From Nitrosopumilaceae archaeon (GTDB lineage Archaea; Thermoproteota; Nitrososphaeria; Nitrososphaerales; Nitrosopumilaceae): a DNA stretch of 64,000 nucleotides. Every line of letters starts with the position of its first letter. The stretch's first letter is position 1. The stretch covers positions 192,001 through 256,000 of the forward strand of contig CBDBMG010000002.1 in NCBI GenBank assembly GCA_965207375.1. Direction: 5' to 3'. The position numbers were made by a program, and so were the translations under genes. The notes beneath the pieces were generated by a model. It was not told where the DNA came from. It searched no databases and was given only the letters and a program-made list of their open reading frames with translations. Of the stretch, positions 30,904-53,461 are shown in pieces.

Positions 30904-33900
30904 ATGATATCTGCAAAGCCAAAGATTAGAAGGAAGAAGAGCCGTTCTACTATTGAAATGAACTTTGTGACTGCTTTGAAAAGATCAGGAAACATTCAGA
31001 TGAAAAGAATATTAGTGCCTTTATCAAGTTCAGCTACAGTATCTGCAAGAACTAATTCAGATTCTCAATCTGTGGAAGCTATGATTGACCACAACAATAA
31101 ACCCATGTATTCTGATTCAATAGGTGATTGGTATTTTGTGTACAATTGATAAATTTCATTATTTATACAAGGGTATATACATTATGCATAGCAGCAATGT
31201 TATGTATGTGGTATGATAGTATATACGTATGTACATACATGTGCAATGAAATTTTGTAAAAAGGCCAACTTTATTTTTGTAAACCAATGCAAGGAGTTAC
31301 GTATGTAAGTAATTTACATATGTATGTACATAGATGAAGTTCCCATGTCAGCTGACTATGCCACCTCTTCAGAAGAGCAGGAAGAAGATCAGCTGCAGAT
31401 TCCACCATACCAGAGAAGGCAACAAAAAGCTGCTGAAGCATGGGAAGAAATAAGAAAAGAATTACTCCATGGCGCTGTAGTGTCTATTCCTATTCCATCT
31501 AATGCAATTTGTATAATTTGTCGTAAGGAGGCTGCAACTGTTTTATGCAAACAGTGTGGTAGTCAGGGATACTTTTGTGAAGCTTGTGCTATTAATTTGC
31601 ATTCAAATATCAATATTCTACATGCACCTGTCATACAAAAGGTACGTTTGTACGTAGCTATGTGTTGGTTTAACAGATCATTTACAAGTCTGTAGTGGCA
31701 GTGTGGTATGTTTGTTGTTTGATGATTATGTAGATAAAGATAAAATATAAGTTGCATACCTATTTTCATTGCAGGACACTAAGCAGTTGCCAATGAAACT
31801 GCCTACAGCTGTAACAAAATTAAATCATAATTGTGGTTCTAGTTGTTACTCTTATCGAACAATCACATGTGTTGGTCTATGCGGTGAGGAACTGTTACCG
31901 TATATGACAAAACAGTCGAGGGGGAAAACTTTCACGATTTTTGCTCAATTGCGAAAGTTTTCCCGTTGAATACTACACTAGACCCTAGGCATTCATTATT
32001 ACAAGAAGCTTCTACCACAAAAGTTTTCCCGTTGAATTTTCATTTTTACTCTAACCGCGAAAGTTTTCCTCCTTGAATGTTTTGTCGTATACGGTATTTA
32101 GTGGAAATACAGACAGTACTTGTGTATAAATGTGCACCTGTATAGGTATTCAACGTGATATCTCTTTTGAGAAATGTCCTTGTACTAGTGAAGCACAGAC
32201 TCTTCTTCAAGCGGGATTCTTTCCTGCAACAGCTACTCGGCCAAGGCTAGCCTTTGCATTAGAATTGCTTGATCTTTTAGAAGCGTTGCTATTTGAATGT
32301 CAACTTGCTGTTCAGGATTTTGTGTCTGCTCTCCGCTATCTTCATAGTCCATATGCTGATCATACTTTGGTAGTACATATACTTGCCTTACATAAAAACG
32401 ATATTTCTGATTCTTTCAGATTTACAAGTCACTGTACCCTGTTCTAATAGACTGTTTTGAAGAATACAGGTTTGCTTTTTGAATTTTAGATAAGTACATA
32501 AATGTGTATGAATGCATAAGCATTATACGTACGTACACGAGGAAGTTTTAAATACGCAAGTTTATTTGCTGATGCTTCTACTTTTTTGTTTTTCTGCTGG
32601 CTTCAAATAATTCACATAGCCTTGTTTTTATTTATATACATAGTATAACAGGGGCATTAGAACAGGTATGGTTAGTTGTACATATTAATACTGAAAGAGT
32701 CAATTGTACTGGCCAGTACATATAATTATGTAGAGCCATAGAGTAAAGTTATGCAATGTTGCCTTCAGATATTTATATGCCATATGTGGATATTCATGAG
32801 ACTTGTTTATGTATGTTATTATGTATTTAGCGGTCTAACAATTATCATTTATAATATCTATGGACTGCGTGTTTATGCACTCGCACTCAGAGTGCATTAT
32901 GCTTAATCGCCTATATATCTTCTTCTTTTACATGACTGGACCACTTTAAGTGCTTCTGATTCACCATATTCCAGGTATATGAAATGCTGTCTCAAAGAAC
33001 TTAAATTTATTGACCCTGATATCAGCAGCACAATTCAGTGTCCAGCTTGTCCAAAGGTAAATGTGCTCATGAACTGTAGCTAATTTAATGCTTGCTTATG
33101 GCTAGTAAAAATGTACAAGTACAAATGTAATTATGTTTTCTTTTAATTTAGAGTGGAGGAAGTTTATTTCTGTCTATTGATGGACTCTTTGGATTATGCA
33201 GAAAGAAATCAGCTGGTCAAAGTGTATGTCAACCACTGCAAGATGGAAAGTACTTTGAACCACAAGCTAAAGTAGATAGCTTTGTTGACCATTACCCTAG
33301 ACCATATGTTCACAGCAACCAAGTGGTGGTACGTACGTGTATAGTGTATTACAGATGTTACGGGTCTTTTGATATTTCAGAATTGTAATGATTTTCTTGC
33401 TGGTGATCTTATAAGATCAAGGACAAGGTTTGCTGCATTAGATGAGACTGGTGTTATCGGTATAGCTTGTCGGCATGAACATCCATTTCGATTCTACAGT
33501 TTACGTCATGGAGAGAGGTGCATAATTGTTGTACATACGTATACACATTATGTTTTGAGTATGTACTAGGATTTCCTACATTGTTTATGCTTTGGAGTAT
33601 ATAAAGCAACACTGTCCAGAGGATTCGAAGGTCTACCTGTTATATGATGTAGCTTGTGCACTTCAACGACACTTAAAGGTATGGTCAAATGTACATAATG
33701 TATTGTACATTAATTTTAGTTGCTTCTGATCAGAATCATAAGAAGACAGAGTTACTGGACTTCTTTAACATGGCTGTTCCAGTATTCCATGCATATGGTC
33801 ACAAGTCAAGTTGCCAGGTCAGCTATAACTTTTAAAACATGCATGGCCTGTAATGTTGTGCTGATTTTTGTAACAGCTAACTATGAGTGCAAGATATCAG

Positions 33901-36850
33901 ATAGGATTTGGGTTGACTGATGGTGAAGTGCTGGAAAGACTATGGTCATTTTTACGTCGTTTTTCTAAGATGACGAAAGAAATGCGATCCGCACATAGAG
34001 TTGATGTTCTGACAGATGCACTAATATACTATTCACAGCTGACATCTGAAAACTTGAGTAAGACCATAAGCTACATATGTGTGCACACTGAATGTCTTCA
34101 TTATTTTTTCTTATGTTTATTAGAAAATCTTCTTCCTAAAAGATTTAAATGAGCACTATGTGTTTGGATAGATGCTGATAATGATTTAGATAAACTAGTA
34201 TCCAGGAGCCCAGGTATAATTTATTCGATTTTTTGAAAAATCATTGTACATATGAGTGTATGCACACATGTATACAATCATATGTACATACTTGTTTGTT
34301 TGCATTAGCTTTGTCTTTTACTTGTAACAAGACTTACATAGCCACTGCATACATACGTACATACATCTGCATCTTATTCATTTATCCATATGTATGTGTG
34401 TAGTACCATTTAATGAAGATAGCATTCAGACTTGGCTAGATGCTGAAAGCTGTTCATCAAATGTTCAACAACCAAGTAGGTTATTTAAGAAGCTACGTAT
34501 TATACCTACAACCATTCAGTAATTTCCAATCTAATATTTCAATTAGATTGATCATTTAGATTGTTTGCTGTATCTAATATTTTAACTATATTTATCACCT
34601 ATGTACATATAACAGAGTATAAGGAAACTAGCGCTAATTGAAATTTCAATTGTTTAAAATTGGATGTTATGCTTGTTTAATATTCTATCCATCACTGTGC
34701 ATGTCTGCAGGTGAAGTAAATCAGTGGAAACTCCAATATTTGAAATTGCTTAAATCATCTATTTATATCAGGTTTGTGTCACTCAGATGTATCTACGTAC
34801 TAAAGGTAGTTTTCAATATATTATTCAACAGTAACCAAATTGCAGTATACACTGGAGATAATCCCTCATATGTCTCTGCATTATCTTCTCAATTGCAAAA
34901 GTAAGATGTTGTATAGCATATTTTTATTTTGACTTGCGTACATTTAGGCTTGAGCGGAAATTAAAGGTGACTGAAAGAGAACATAGTATACCACAACGAT
35001 GGACACCAGATTCTCCATCATACCAAGCCATATCAGACTTCAAATGGAGCAATCAAAACATGATGCTTTTGCAAAGCTGGAGCAATGTGCCAGAGAACGA
35101 TGGTTTTTACTTACTATTAAAGCAAAATATGCAGGTATGTACACATGCAGTGTTTTTTATTTATATAATTTTGCTTATGTACATGCATACATGTCACTAC
35201 TCTTATGTTACATAATTTATCAGATGGCCAATATATGGCATCCCGTATATCAAGAGGCATTCAACGGGAAACACAGAAGTTGAAAAGGCTTTTACATAAA
35301 TACAATCAATTGGTATCTGATCATCTCTCTTGGAAAGATGTGACTGATTTATCATCATCCACCTGGAACCCAGCTGATGGTAATAATATTACACGTCCTC
35401 CCAGATCAATCAGATTGGCTGCAATCGATGCTTATGTCAAAAAGCTTAGGGCTACTGAAGAAAAAGAATTAATAAAGACAGAGATGTGCAATATTATCAG
35501 CTTCTATTTAAACCAATATGATGACATCAACCGACTGTTAGACAGTTTTCACTCAAATTCAGAGTTTAGTAGAGGATGTCTTGTTCTTTTAAATAGGAAC
35601 TTAAGTGAGTGTAAGAAGAAAATATTCGATAATTATACTGCATTCAAAGACTATACACTCAGCTGCCTCAAGTTCCTGAAGAACTAATGTTACATGCACA
35701 CTTACCAGATACAGTCAAGTACGTAGCTGTATGATCACTGCTTATAAGTGTATATGTAAGATAATTTGTTGTTCCACAACCTTAGCAATCCTATTGATGA
35801 CTGTAATCATGATCATAGGGATCACGATCCAGGTGTTGATGAATATCATCATGTTGGTTTGAGTGATGGGTATCCACGTGAAGGTATTGATGATGGTCTT
35901 GATACTCTAGATCACAATTCTGATGTTGATTACAATGATGATAAGCTTGATGATGGGCTTTATGGACTTGACGATGCTACCAGTGTTCATGATAATGTTG
36001 ATTTAGATGATGATGAGTTTGATGACGGGCTTTATGGAGTTGATGATGCTACCAGTGTTCATAATGATGATAATGTTGATTTAGATGATGATGTAGATGA
36101 TCCTGATTTTCATAAATGTCTTGTCAGTATCAATGATACTAACAGTGATGATGTTGGCAAGGATGAATACACCCATGATGATGATCAATACAGTCATTAT
36201 GATATCAGTGACTACAGTCAAGTGGTTGTAAAGAGTTATGATATGAAACACAGTGATTATTACTTTTGTAATGCATATAAGTATGTAATACGTATGATTT
36301 CATAGTTGATTATACTGATGATGATGATGATGATGATGAGTTTGATTCTGAAGTAGCATGCAATCATGCTAGAGTAGCAAGAAACCGGCTAGAAAAGGAG
36401 GAATTTTTGCAGGTATATAATATGTGCATATATATCTGATTGTGACCATGTGACTTCATACGTATCTGTATGATTGATTCATCATGTGTAATATTATTGT
36501 TTACTTTATAATCAGCAACATCGTCAAAGTGAAGATCTACTAGCCCTTCTTCCAAAAGTGAAAATAGCTTCTACAAGAAAAGCTGTTGCAGATAGCCAGG
36601 CTACCGGTATGTTAAAAATATCCCTATCACTGCTGACTTTTTTAGAAAAATACATGTTCTTGAATGTACTATAAAAGTTGATGTGCTTCTTCCTACAGGT
36701 GGTAAGAAGACAATGTTTCTTCATCGCTCCCAAGAAGAGTTGCACAGTATGTACAAATCTTTTCAAGCAGACTTGACCAGAGAAAGGATTGCTACAGCCT
36801 TAGCCAATGTATCAACATTCAACATTACACTCAAAACCAAACCCAGTTAA
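30904..36850 (+). CDS. CxC zinc-cluster + KDZ (Kyakuja-Dileera-Zisupton) transposase, ~20 exons; probably inactivated (TGA at 34150-34152)
   Basis: Exons give CIIC..CKQC..FCEAC..H..H (31507-31625), LLQAGFFPAT..RPRLAF, CPACPK, SIDGLFGLCRK (~33171), DETGVIGIACRH, LLYDVAC, VFHAYGH..CQ, GFGLTDGEVLERLWS and KEMR..HR.D.L. This is the canonical KDZ core motif order. Acidic C-terminal tail; last exon 36699-36850. Confidence 0.88.
31896..32095. mobile_element. TA-flanked MITE in a transposase intron
   Basis: TACCGTATATGACAAAAC ... GTTTTGTCGTATACGGTA; related copy at ~53980-54148. Confidence 0.75.
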
Positions 36851-37316
36851 CTATACACATCAAAACCACTTGTGATTACATTATCAAGCTGTACATTGAT
36901 TATGATATTATACATAATTATATAATGCACGCACATGTAGCCATACATTCTAGATCTTGGCTTTGCTTCACTGTATACGTAGATTTGGATTTGCATGCAT
37001 GTATGCAGTTAGCTACTAAAAGCCAGTAGTTTTGGCACATAATGCACATATATCCAATTCCACACTGCGATTTTGATAATGCTTTACAAATACTCTTTGG
37101 CTTGTATAAATGTATATATATAATTATATGTGTTCCACTAAATGCGCAAGAGCATGCATTAATGCAAAGTAGCTATATTATGTATTAATAATATTTTGTA
37201 ATTTGATTCAAAATTGCATAAAATGTACATTCATAAAATTAATACTGTCATACAACATTATTGTGGAAATTAAATATTTGGTATACATGCGGGTGCATGT
37301 GAATTATAATTACATG

Positions 37317-42901
<5,585 letters not shown>

Positions 42902-43193
42902 TATGTACTTTAATCTATAAAAAGAAGTGTTTTTTGCACATGATGAAACATGTTTAAGGGATCCAAAATGTAAGAACAGCAGTTATAGGATTAATATATC
43001 ACTGCAAAGGCTGCATTAAAATATTTATAGTCCTATGTGTGTAGCCGTTATAAGGAACTAGCTATAAGCTCTAACTAACACTGTGATATTTTAAAAGCTT
43101 CTACACAAAATTGGCAAGTTGCAGGCACCTTATGTTATTGCTCACTTGCATATTTCTCCTTTTATGTACAAAGGGATATAGCTAATTACCTTT

Positions 43194-44107
43194 ACACCGT
43201 AGGTTGATCCGCAACTGTGGACAAAGTCTTGACCTGAAAATTTAACCTTGACTGTTGATTTACTGCTTGACTGCTGACTTACTGCAGAACTCTGTTGCTC
43301 CCAGATTGCTCCTTTGTAAATTCTCGGTTTTAACGCCTGTGCTTTTACTATTTTCAGATTCTTGTGTAGCATGCAGGTGTAACACATTACACCACAGCAG
43401 CTTTATCATTACCCAACCACCTGTCTATTTCATTAATTCACTATTTCATTGATTTACTCTAAGATACAGCCGCATGCACAGTGCAAGGTGAATTACATTA
43501 AAAAATACAGTATATTCTAGTAAAAGTTCATATGTTTAGTAAACTTGTTATATTTGATTGTGGGCTTCAAGTTTTATTTGCCTTTATTTGACCTATTACT
43601 GGATTGTTTTCGGAGACCTTGACTATTAACTTTGAGCTTGACCCCGGTTGCAGATCACTCTACAGTAAGTATGTATGTGACACCCTGGGCCTTCACGTCC
43701 CACACTGAGCAATCCAGGAAATCACATAACTCATCAACTGATGGGCTTTACTATGTCACAACTACAGCCATTGGCAATTCAGGCATGCACTGGAAAGGGA
43801 TTTCAGTCTACTGACCATTGAACACTACTGATTAGCAAGCCAGGTGGCTTAGTTGATACTGAAGTATTACATAATAATTCTATAAAATCAGCACACACCT
43901 GAAACAGGAGAGCAGGAGAATCCAGTTCTAGAAAAAGCAGACTGTATTTCAATTACAGGAATCCTATTTAGTTTCTGTCGCATAAATCCGAGCATAAATC
44001 CACCATGCGCTCACACATAAACCCGTACCATGGTACCCAGGCAATACCTGTAAAAATTCCTTAATAACAGGTACGTAATACCTGATAACCGTAATGTGAA
44101 GCGGGTG
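43194..44107 (-). repeat. Right TIR of KDZ element
   Basis: Reverse complement of 29733-30632; ends GTAATGTGAAGCGGGTG. Confidence 0.92.
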
Positions 44108-44284
44108 GCCCACTACTTGATGGCATTAGCGCCACCTATATAAGCGCGTCACGTTATGAATAGGCGCAGTTACTTGCATGATAGGAAGACGACAATATCG
44201 TTTTAAAACCCACATGTTATTCAGATACAATTGTCACATGCGTACAAGCGTTGTTTAAAAGGCATTTATTATTTATTTACTCTA

Positions 44285-45174
44285 CGGTACCGCTCAGTTT
44301 AAATTTGACACTTGCACGCGTGTGTCACTGTAGTCGCTCGCAGATTTTGCCAGGCAACTCGCGAGTTACACGCAAGCACACAACAAATCGATCCTCGTGA
44401 CGAGTCATATGCACATGAAGTGCACTCAAGAGAAGGTTACCCTGCTCGCGAGCTGTCTCACGTTACGTGCGCTTGTTAGTGCCTCGCGAGTTATGCACGC
44501 GTGTAGTTTGTCTCTCCTCGTGATTCTAGTAATACTCAGCATTATCATCTAACATACGTACCAGCTGTGAAACTACAGATAATCATCCTGGAGTAGATTT
44601 CTTCGTCGACAAATCAAGCGCGAGCGCTTACAGTTGTAATACGGGTGCCTAACACGTGTTTATAATAAGCTTCTTATATTTTAGGGCGCCAATAACACGT
44701 GTTAGTGATTTAGTAGTTTTTGTAGTTTGTTGCAGTCTTTGGGAAGCAAAGGAAAGGCCTACAGTAGATTGGAAAAGAGGTAGTACTGTAACTACTACAT
44801 TGCTGTTGGTTAAAGTCTTCCTGCTCGGTTCCACACAATTAAATTATATCACCGAATGTCTTAAAACCTTTGATAGATCTCTAGCAATGATTATATGATA
44901 GAGCTAGGCCTTTTCACTTTATTAATTTCACCCCATGCATTAGCCATGCGAGTGCATCTGTTTGCGTGCGATAGGCTTCTGGCGTGCCTCGTGGCGTAGC
45001 TCACGCATGTCGTGTCGAGTGTATGCTCGCTCGCGGGCAGTGTATTCTATTGTGCATATATGCTCTCGTGCCATACAACCAGCATGCGAGTAACTCGCGT
45101 GTGCTTCGACAAAATCTGTTAAATGCACACGTGTTTGCTGCACGCGAGTGTCAATTTTAAACTGAGCTGTACCG
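44285..45174. mobile_element. TA-flanked MITE with CG...CG termini, CpG-rich
   Basis: TA|CGGTACCGCTCAGTTTAAATTTGACACT ... AGTGTCAATTTTAAACTGAGCTGTACCG|TA. Confidence 0.8.
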
Positions 45175-46010
45175 TAATATAGACATGATATACTTCATCT
45201 GTAATTCCAGTAGATTCAACATGTTTGCTTAGATTCATTCATGTGTCAAGTTTTGGTGTTTCCAATGGAGATAGGTATGTACCACTACGTATACTGTGAA
45301 ATGTATTTTTTAACTTGTATGTCACTGTAGGGTGGTACATACAAAGATATACATGCAGTAGTGAGGTTGCTGCAGCTGAAGAAGGAAAGGAAGTAGCTGG
45401 TAGAAGTCACTGAAAAAGTAACCGCAGAAGAAATTGTAGAACATGAAGTTGTTATTTTAAATGTATTTACATAATTTTAAATGTATTTTGTAGCAATTTG
45501 AAATATAATTATTTAATCTATGCATTTCATACCTTGGGACATACTTTTATTCAGTTGGTTTGCATATAATACACCAAAATAGTGTGAGGTAACTGGACTT
45601 ACTGGAGGTTCATAAACAAATGAGAGCTTTGAAATATATATTAAATTGTGTATTATTAGTATCATAATTGATTGTGGAATAGCATAAAATCTAGCATAAT
45701 ACAGTACGTAGGTGCAAAATTGGAGCAATTCCAAAAAGCATAGCTAATAGGCAATTTTCAAAGCATAATAGACACAGCCCTATCTGGAATTAGCATTTTA
45801 GCCAAAAGCTGTGCTATGAAAGTACAGTATATGTGTATAATAATAACTTTGTGGATGTTATAAACGACTGGGATATGCTGCATGGCAGCACACAAGAGAA
45901 GCGGTTTTGTCAGCATCATGCTTAAGGCTATTTATTAAACTACATAGCTACATATAATTATTATAAATGCAGCTATATACAACACAGAAACAATATGTTT
46001 GTGTATATTA

Positions 46011-46108
<98 letters not shown>

Positions 46109-46598
46109 GATGCGTGCATACAGTGACATAATGCATTAGCTAATTAGATACAATAGCTATAAAACAGATGTTCCTTTGTTTTGTATGTCTATGTATACTT
46201 GTCCTTTGTAACATCTTATCAGTTGAACACATAAATCCTCAACACTTGTATTAAAATTTCAGCGAGTGTTCTATTAGAATGTTTCATAAGTAATAGGTGG
46301 CTCACAATTGATCAATAAAATAATGATTTCCACTATATTGCTGTTATGAAATGCATCAGCTGTGTTATTGCAAAGCATTATAGTTATATAAACGATTTTG
46401 CAAGGTATTGGTCATCAAGAGTATTAGCTACTATCATGACATGATATAGCTAATGTGAAAATGCAATAATAGCTACTATGATTAGTTAAGCAGCACTCAA
46501 TGATGTTAATTAGAAGCTGCATTTACGTATGTATTATTGAGAACCCTTGGGAAGCTTATGTAGTTATCAGTAAGGCTGGAGAATATAACAACCTTATA

Positions 46599-49777
<3,179 letters not shown>

Positions 49778-49992
49778 AACTGGTACACTTTCACTTTTGT
49801 TTATCATCAGGAATCTAATTGTTTTGGCATTATATACATAGCTAGCTGACAGTAAATCAATCATATTATTCTATCTAATAATTATGCAGTTATGTACATG
49901 GTGTTACATACACAGCTAGCAAACCTAACACAATAAAACAGTTACAGTGATCAGTTACCTTATAACTATATTTTTGTGTTATTATATGCTAT

Positions 49993-50354
49993 TCACGGTG
50001 ATTCAACAATTTCATATCCATCCTGAATTGAAGAATCTTCATTATTTTGATTAGATGATGGAAAATAAGTTGGTGATGGTTGTATTTCTATTGCGTCAGG
50101 ATTCAAATATTGCTTATCTAGAGAAATACTTTCTTCTGTGTATATAGGGATATTGAAAAGTTTACATCTATGTCAGAATATACATGGGTAGTTTAATGCA
50201 CCTTTCGTTCTTTGTTGATTGTAGAGTTTCCAAGAAAATAAAACAATTATTGCAGTAGCAATCACAGAAGTAGTTGTGAACAGTGCTGTTAATCCAATAA
50301 ATATCTCACAATATCTTTCATCATTCTCATTTTTAACATCATCTTTATTACTGT
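49993..50354 (-). CDS. Duplicated transmembrane + Tyr-motif cytoplasmic exons (alternative 3' module or relic)
   Basis: ERYCEIFIGLTALFTTTSVIATAIIVLFSWKLYNQQRTK (50202-50354) and EESISLDKQYLNPDAIEIQPSPTYFP...DGYEIVESP* (49993-50135); paralogous to 53462-53841. The acceptor appears changed from CAG to CTG. Confidence 0.6.
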
Positions 50355-50993
50355 CAGTAAAACGCAAATTGTGTAATTACATCAGAATTTGAATTACTTT
50401 TCTCATGTAAGTATGTAGATACGTAGCTACCAGGCACCCCAATAAGAAAACGGATAATTATAAACAACTACTCTTAAGTAACATGTAATGCATAAAATTA
50501 ATGGCTACCACTCACTGTAAAAACTGTCATGTGTAGCTATATACCTCACACAATAATATTAATATTGTGTGAAATTTCAGTCAAAAAATTCTCTAGCTAC
50601 TTTTTCATGTGACTATCACACACTTTTAAGATCCAATATTATGATTTTGAATATAGATAATTCTGCTTGTAGAAGTTATGGATATACAAATTTGACACAA
50701 CAGAGATACATTATGGCGGTTCTAAATTCCCGGTCTAGCAATTCTTTTATTATATATTCACCCATAATTCCCAAAATTATTCTTGATAAAAACTACTGTT
50801 ACAGTAACGATGTACCTTAAATCTATGTAATCTTCTTCAGTAACCACATATATATCTTACTTAATAAACACAAAGCAAAACATTCCTTATCTTAAATATA
50901 TGTAACAAAGCCCTCTGCAGTATAACAATTGTCATGGACAACACAAGAAATAAAATGTTTGATTGTGGGTTTAAGTTTACGTAAATCTAAGCT

Positions 50994-52003
50994 CAGAATC
51001 ATCTAGTGCAACACCTGTTAAGTCTGGGGTGCCACATGGTATGGTTTTAGGCCCCCTTATGTTTCTTGTGTATATTAATGATATAAATGAAAACATTACA
51101 TCTTCCGTTCGACTATTTGCCGATGACTGTGTTATTTATAAGTCTATTACATCACTAGAAGATGCGGAACAGTTACAAGAAGTCCTATGTAAAATATGTG
51201 AATGGACCAACAAATGGCAAATGAAATTAAATATTGATAAATGTGCCGTGCTACACTGTACCCATTCCCCGATTCCCATACAATATGCATATACTTTAAT
51301 GGGTCATAATTTAGAGATAAAGAAACTATATACATATCTCGGTGTAGGAATTGATAATACTATGTCATGGTCATCGCACATACAAATGATAAGTAATAGA
51401 TCAACTAAAGTGTTGAATTTTATTAAACGAAACCTTAATAGTTGTCCACTTAACACTAAAAACAGCCTATCTAATGCTAGTTAGACCTATTATGGAATAT
51501 GTTGCTCCTATCTGGGATCCATATTACATTTATAAGCTAGAAAAAGTACAAAGAAGAGCTGCTCGATGGATTTTATCTGAATACTCTAGAACTACCAGTG
51601 TTACATCATTGTTGTCTGTTCTCAATATATACATTACAACAGCGTCATCAATTATCAAGGTTAACATTATTTTATAAAATAATTAACAATGCACTACCGA
51701 TTTCCATTCCTTTACACTATCAAAGAACCCAATTTCACACAAGACAACACCATCCGAATCACTTTATCCTGCCACAAGTTACTCTTAATACTTATAAGTA
51801 TAGTTTCTACCCAAGAACTATTAAAGATTGGAATAATTTACCAATTAGTATTATAGAATCAAGAGATTTGGACAAATTTATCCACTTACTTAACTATAAT
51901 TTTTGTAATTAATTGTATCTATGATTGTACTATTTGGGGTTTTCACCCCCTGGGCAAACCAGCTGAGCTGACTGCCCAGTATTTAATCTTAAATCTAAAT
52001 CTT
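50994..52003 (+). mobile_element. 3' fragment of a CR1/L2-group LINE
   Basis: SGVPHGMVLGPLMFLVYIND, LFADDCVIY, YLGV, LVRPIMEY..WDP, SFYPRTIKDWNNLP; tail of AAATCT(T) repeats; possible TSD AAATCT(A/C)AGCT; frameshifts. Confidence 0.88.
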
Positions 52004-53461
52004 AAATCTCAGCTTTTTTAACTTTGACAATCAGATGATACTAGACAGTTTAAAAGTAATTTTTACTAGATAGCTTGGTTTTATAGTATAACATAACTTC
52101 TATTATTCTTTTATTAGCTAGCTAGCTATTCTTGATTGTAAGATACTCCAGCAAAATGTTTGCATGCCTATAGCTAAGCATAGCTAGGATTGTAAATGAT
52201 GCAAATTTTAGGTTATTAATCAATTCACAAGGGCCATAAATTATATATCTAGCTATGGCTGGGTAAAGCTGCCCAAAAGTAAATAGCCACAGAAAGTGTA
52301 TAATAATGCATATAAAATTAAAAGTAGCTAATGGTAATAGCTAACACTTTCAGCTGCATGCATACATTATACTTGATATACGTATAGTAAAAATGTCATA
52401 GCACCAGTATCATACGTACATAGTTACCCCTGATTATTGTCTAGAGTATTTTGGTTATAGTCTTGAGCCTATTGTGCTCAAAAATTTATTTATTACTCCT
52501 TCCCGAACTTCCCAAAGTTTTACCCATTGTTCTTAATTTATTCCCAAATCATCACCCATTATTCCTTTATTATTCTTTTAATTTTACTAGGTCAATAAAA
52601 ATAATATAAAACTCTTTGCAAACTGAGCTGCTGATGTCCAAAGAATAAAAATCTTTTTAAAATGAATTTTTTGTCAATGATTAATTGATTGACCCCCTAT
52701 ATGGCTATATATGATACCTATATCTCCACCCTTGATTAATTATTTGTGTAAAAAGTAACAGCTACGTACACATGTACAATTAACTACATACGTATGTGAA
52801 CATCTCAAATAAAATCCAGGAGTGATAGCTATATCCAGAGAAATACACACTTGAAAGTTTCGAAAACAATTTTTTTATTTTCAAATTTTCATATTTTGAT
52901 ATCTTAATAGGCAAAAATAATACGTAGCTAGCTACTTTGACTGTTGTTTGATATTTTTTTGCTACGTAGTTCATACAACATACTATGGTGTTGTAACAAA
53001 GGTGCAACGTTATAGTTATAAGTCCTGATTTTTACTTGATATCTATGTAAAGTGTATTAAGGTCCATTACTAGCTAGGCATGAATTAGTGATGATAGTGC
53101 ATTGTCTAAACAATAAATCTTTCAAGCATAAAGCTTTCGGGATTTAGTGGAGAAAAAACTTTTGCACTTATGCTAAATAAGAATAAAAGCAGCTTTCACG
53201 TAATGAAATTAGTAGAGTAAACTTTCACAGTTTATTGAAAATTGTGAAAGTTTCTCCCTCGAAAATTTTGTTGTTTACGGTAAGACAATTGTAGCATACA
53301 CAAGTAACTACGTAAATAGTACATTTCTACCTTAGCAGAATAAAGGTAGCTAATTAGCTAGTCATCTGCTGTGACTATATTATATTGTTCTGTGCATGTG
53401 AATGTTTCATACAATTCTGATATAGAATCTTACATACAAGTTGTTACACAAACTCCTTTTA

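Noticed and set aside
34150-34152. Selenocysteine/readthrough TGA in the transposase (and at 4536)
   Set aside because: Context fits Arg CGA->TGA CpG decay; no SECIS was recognised.
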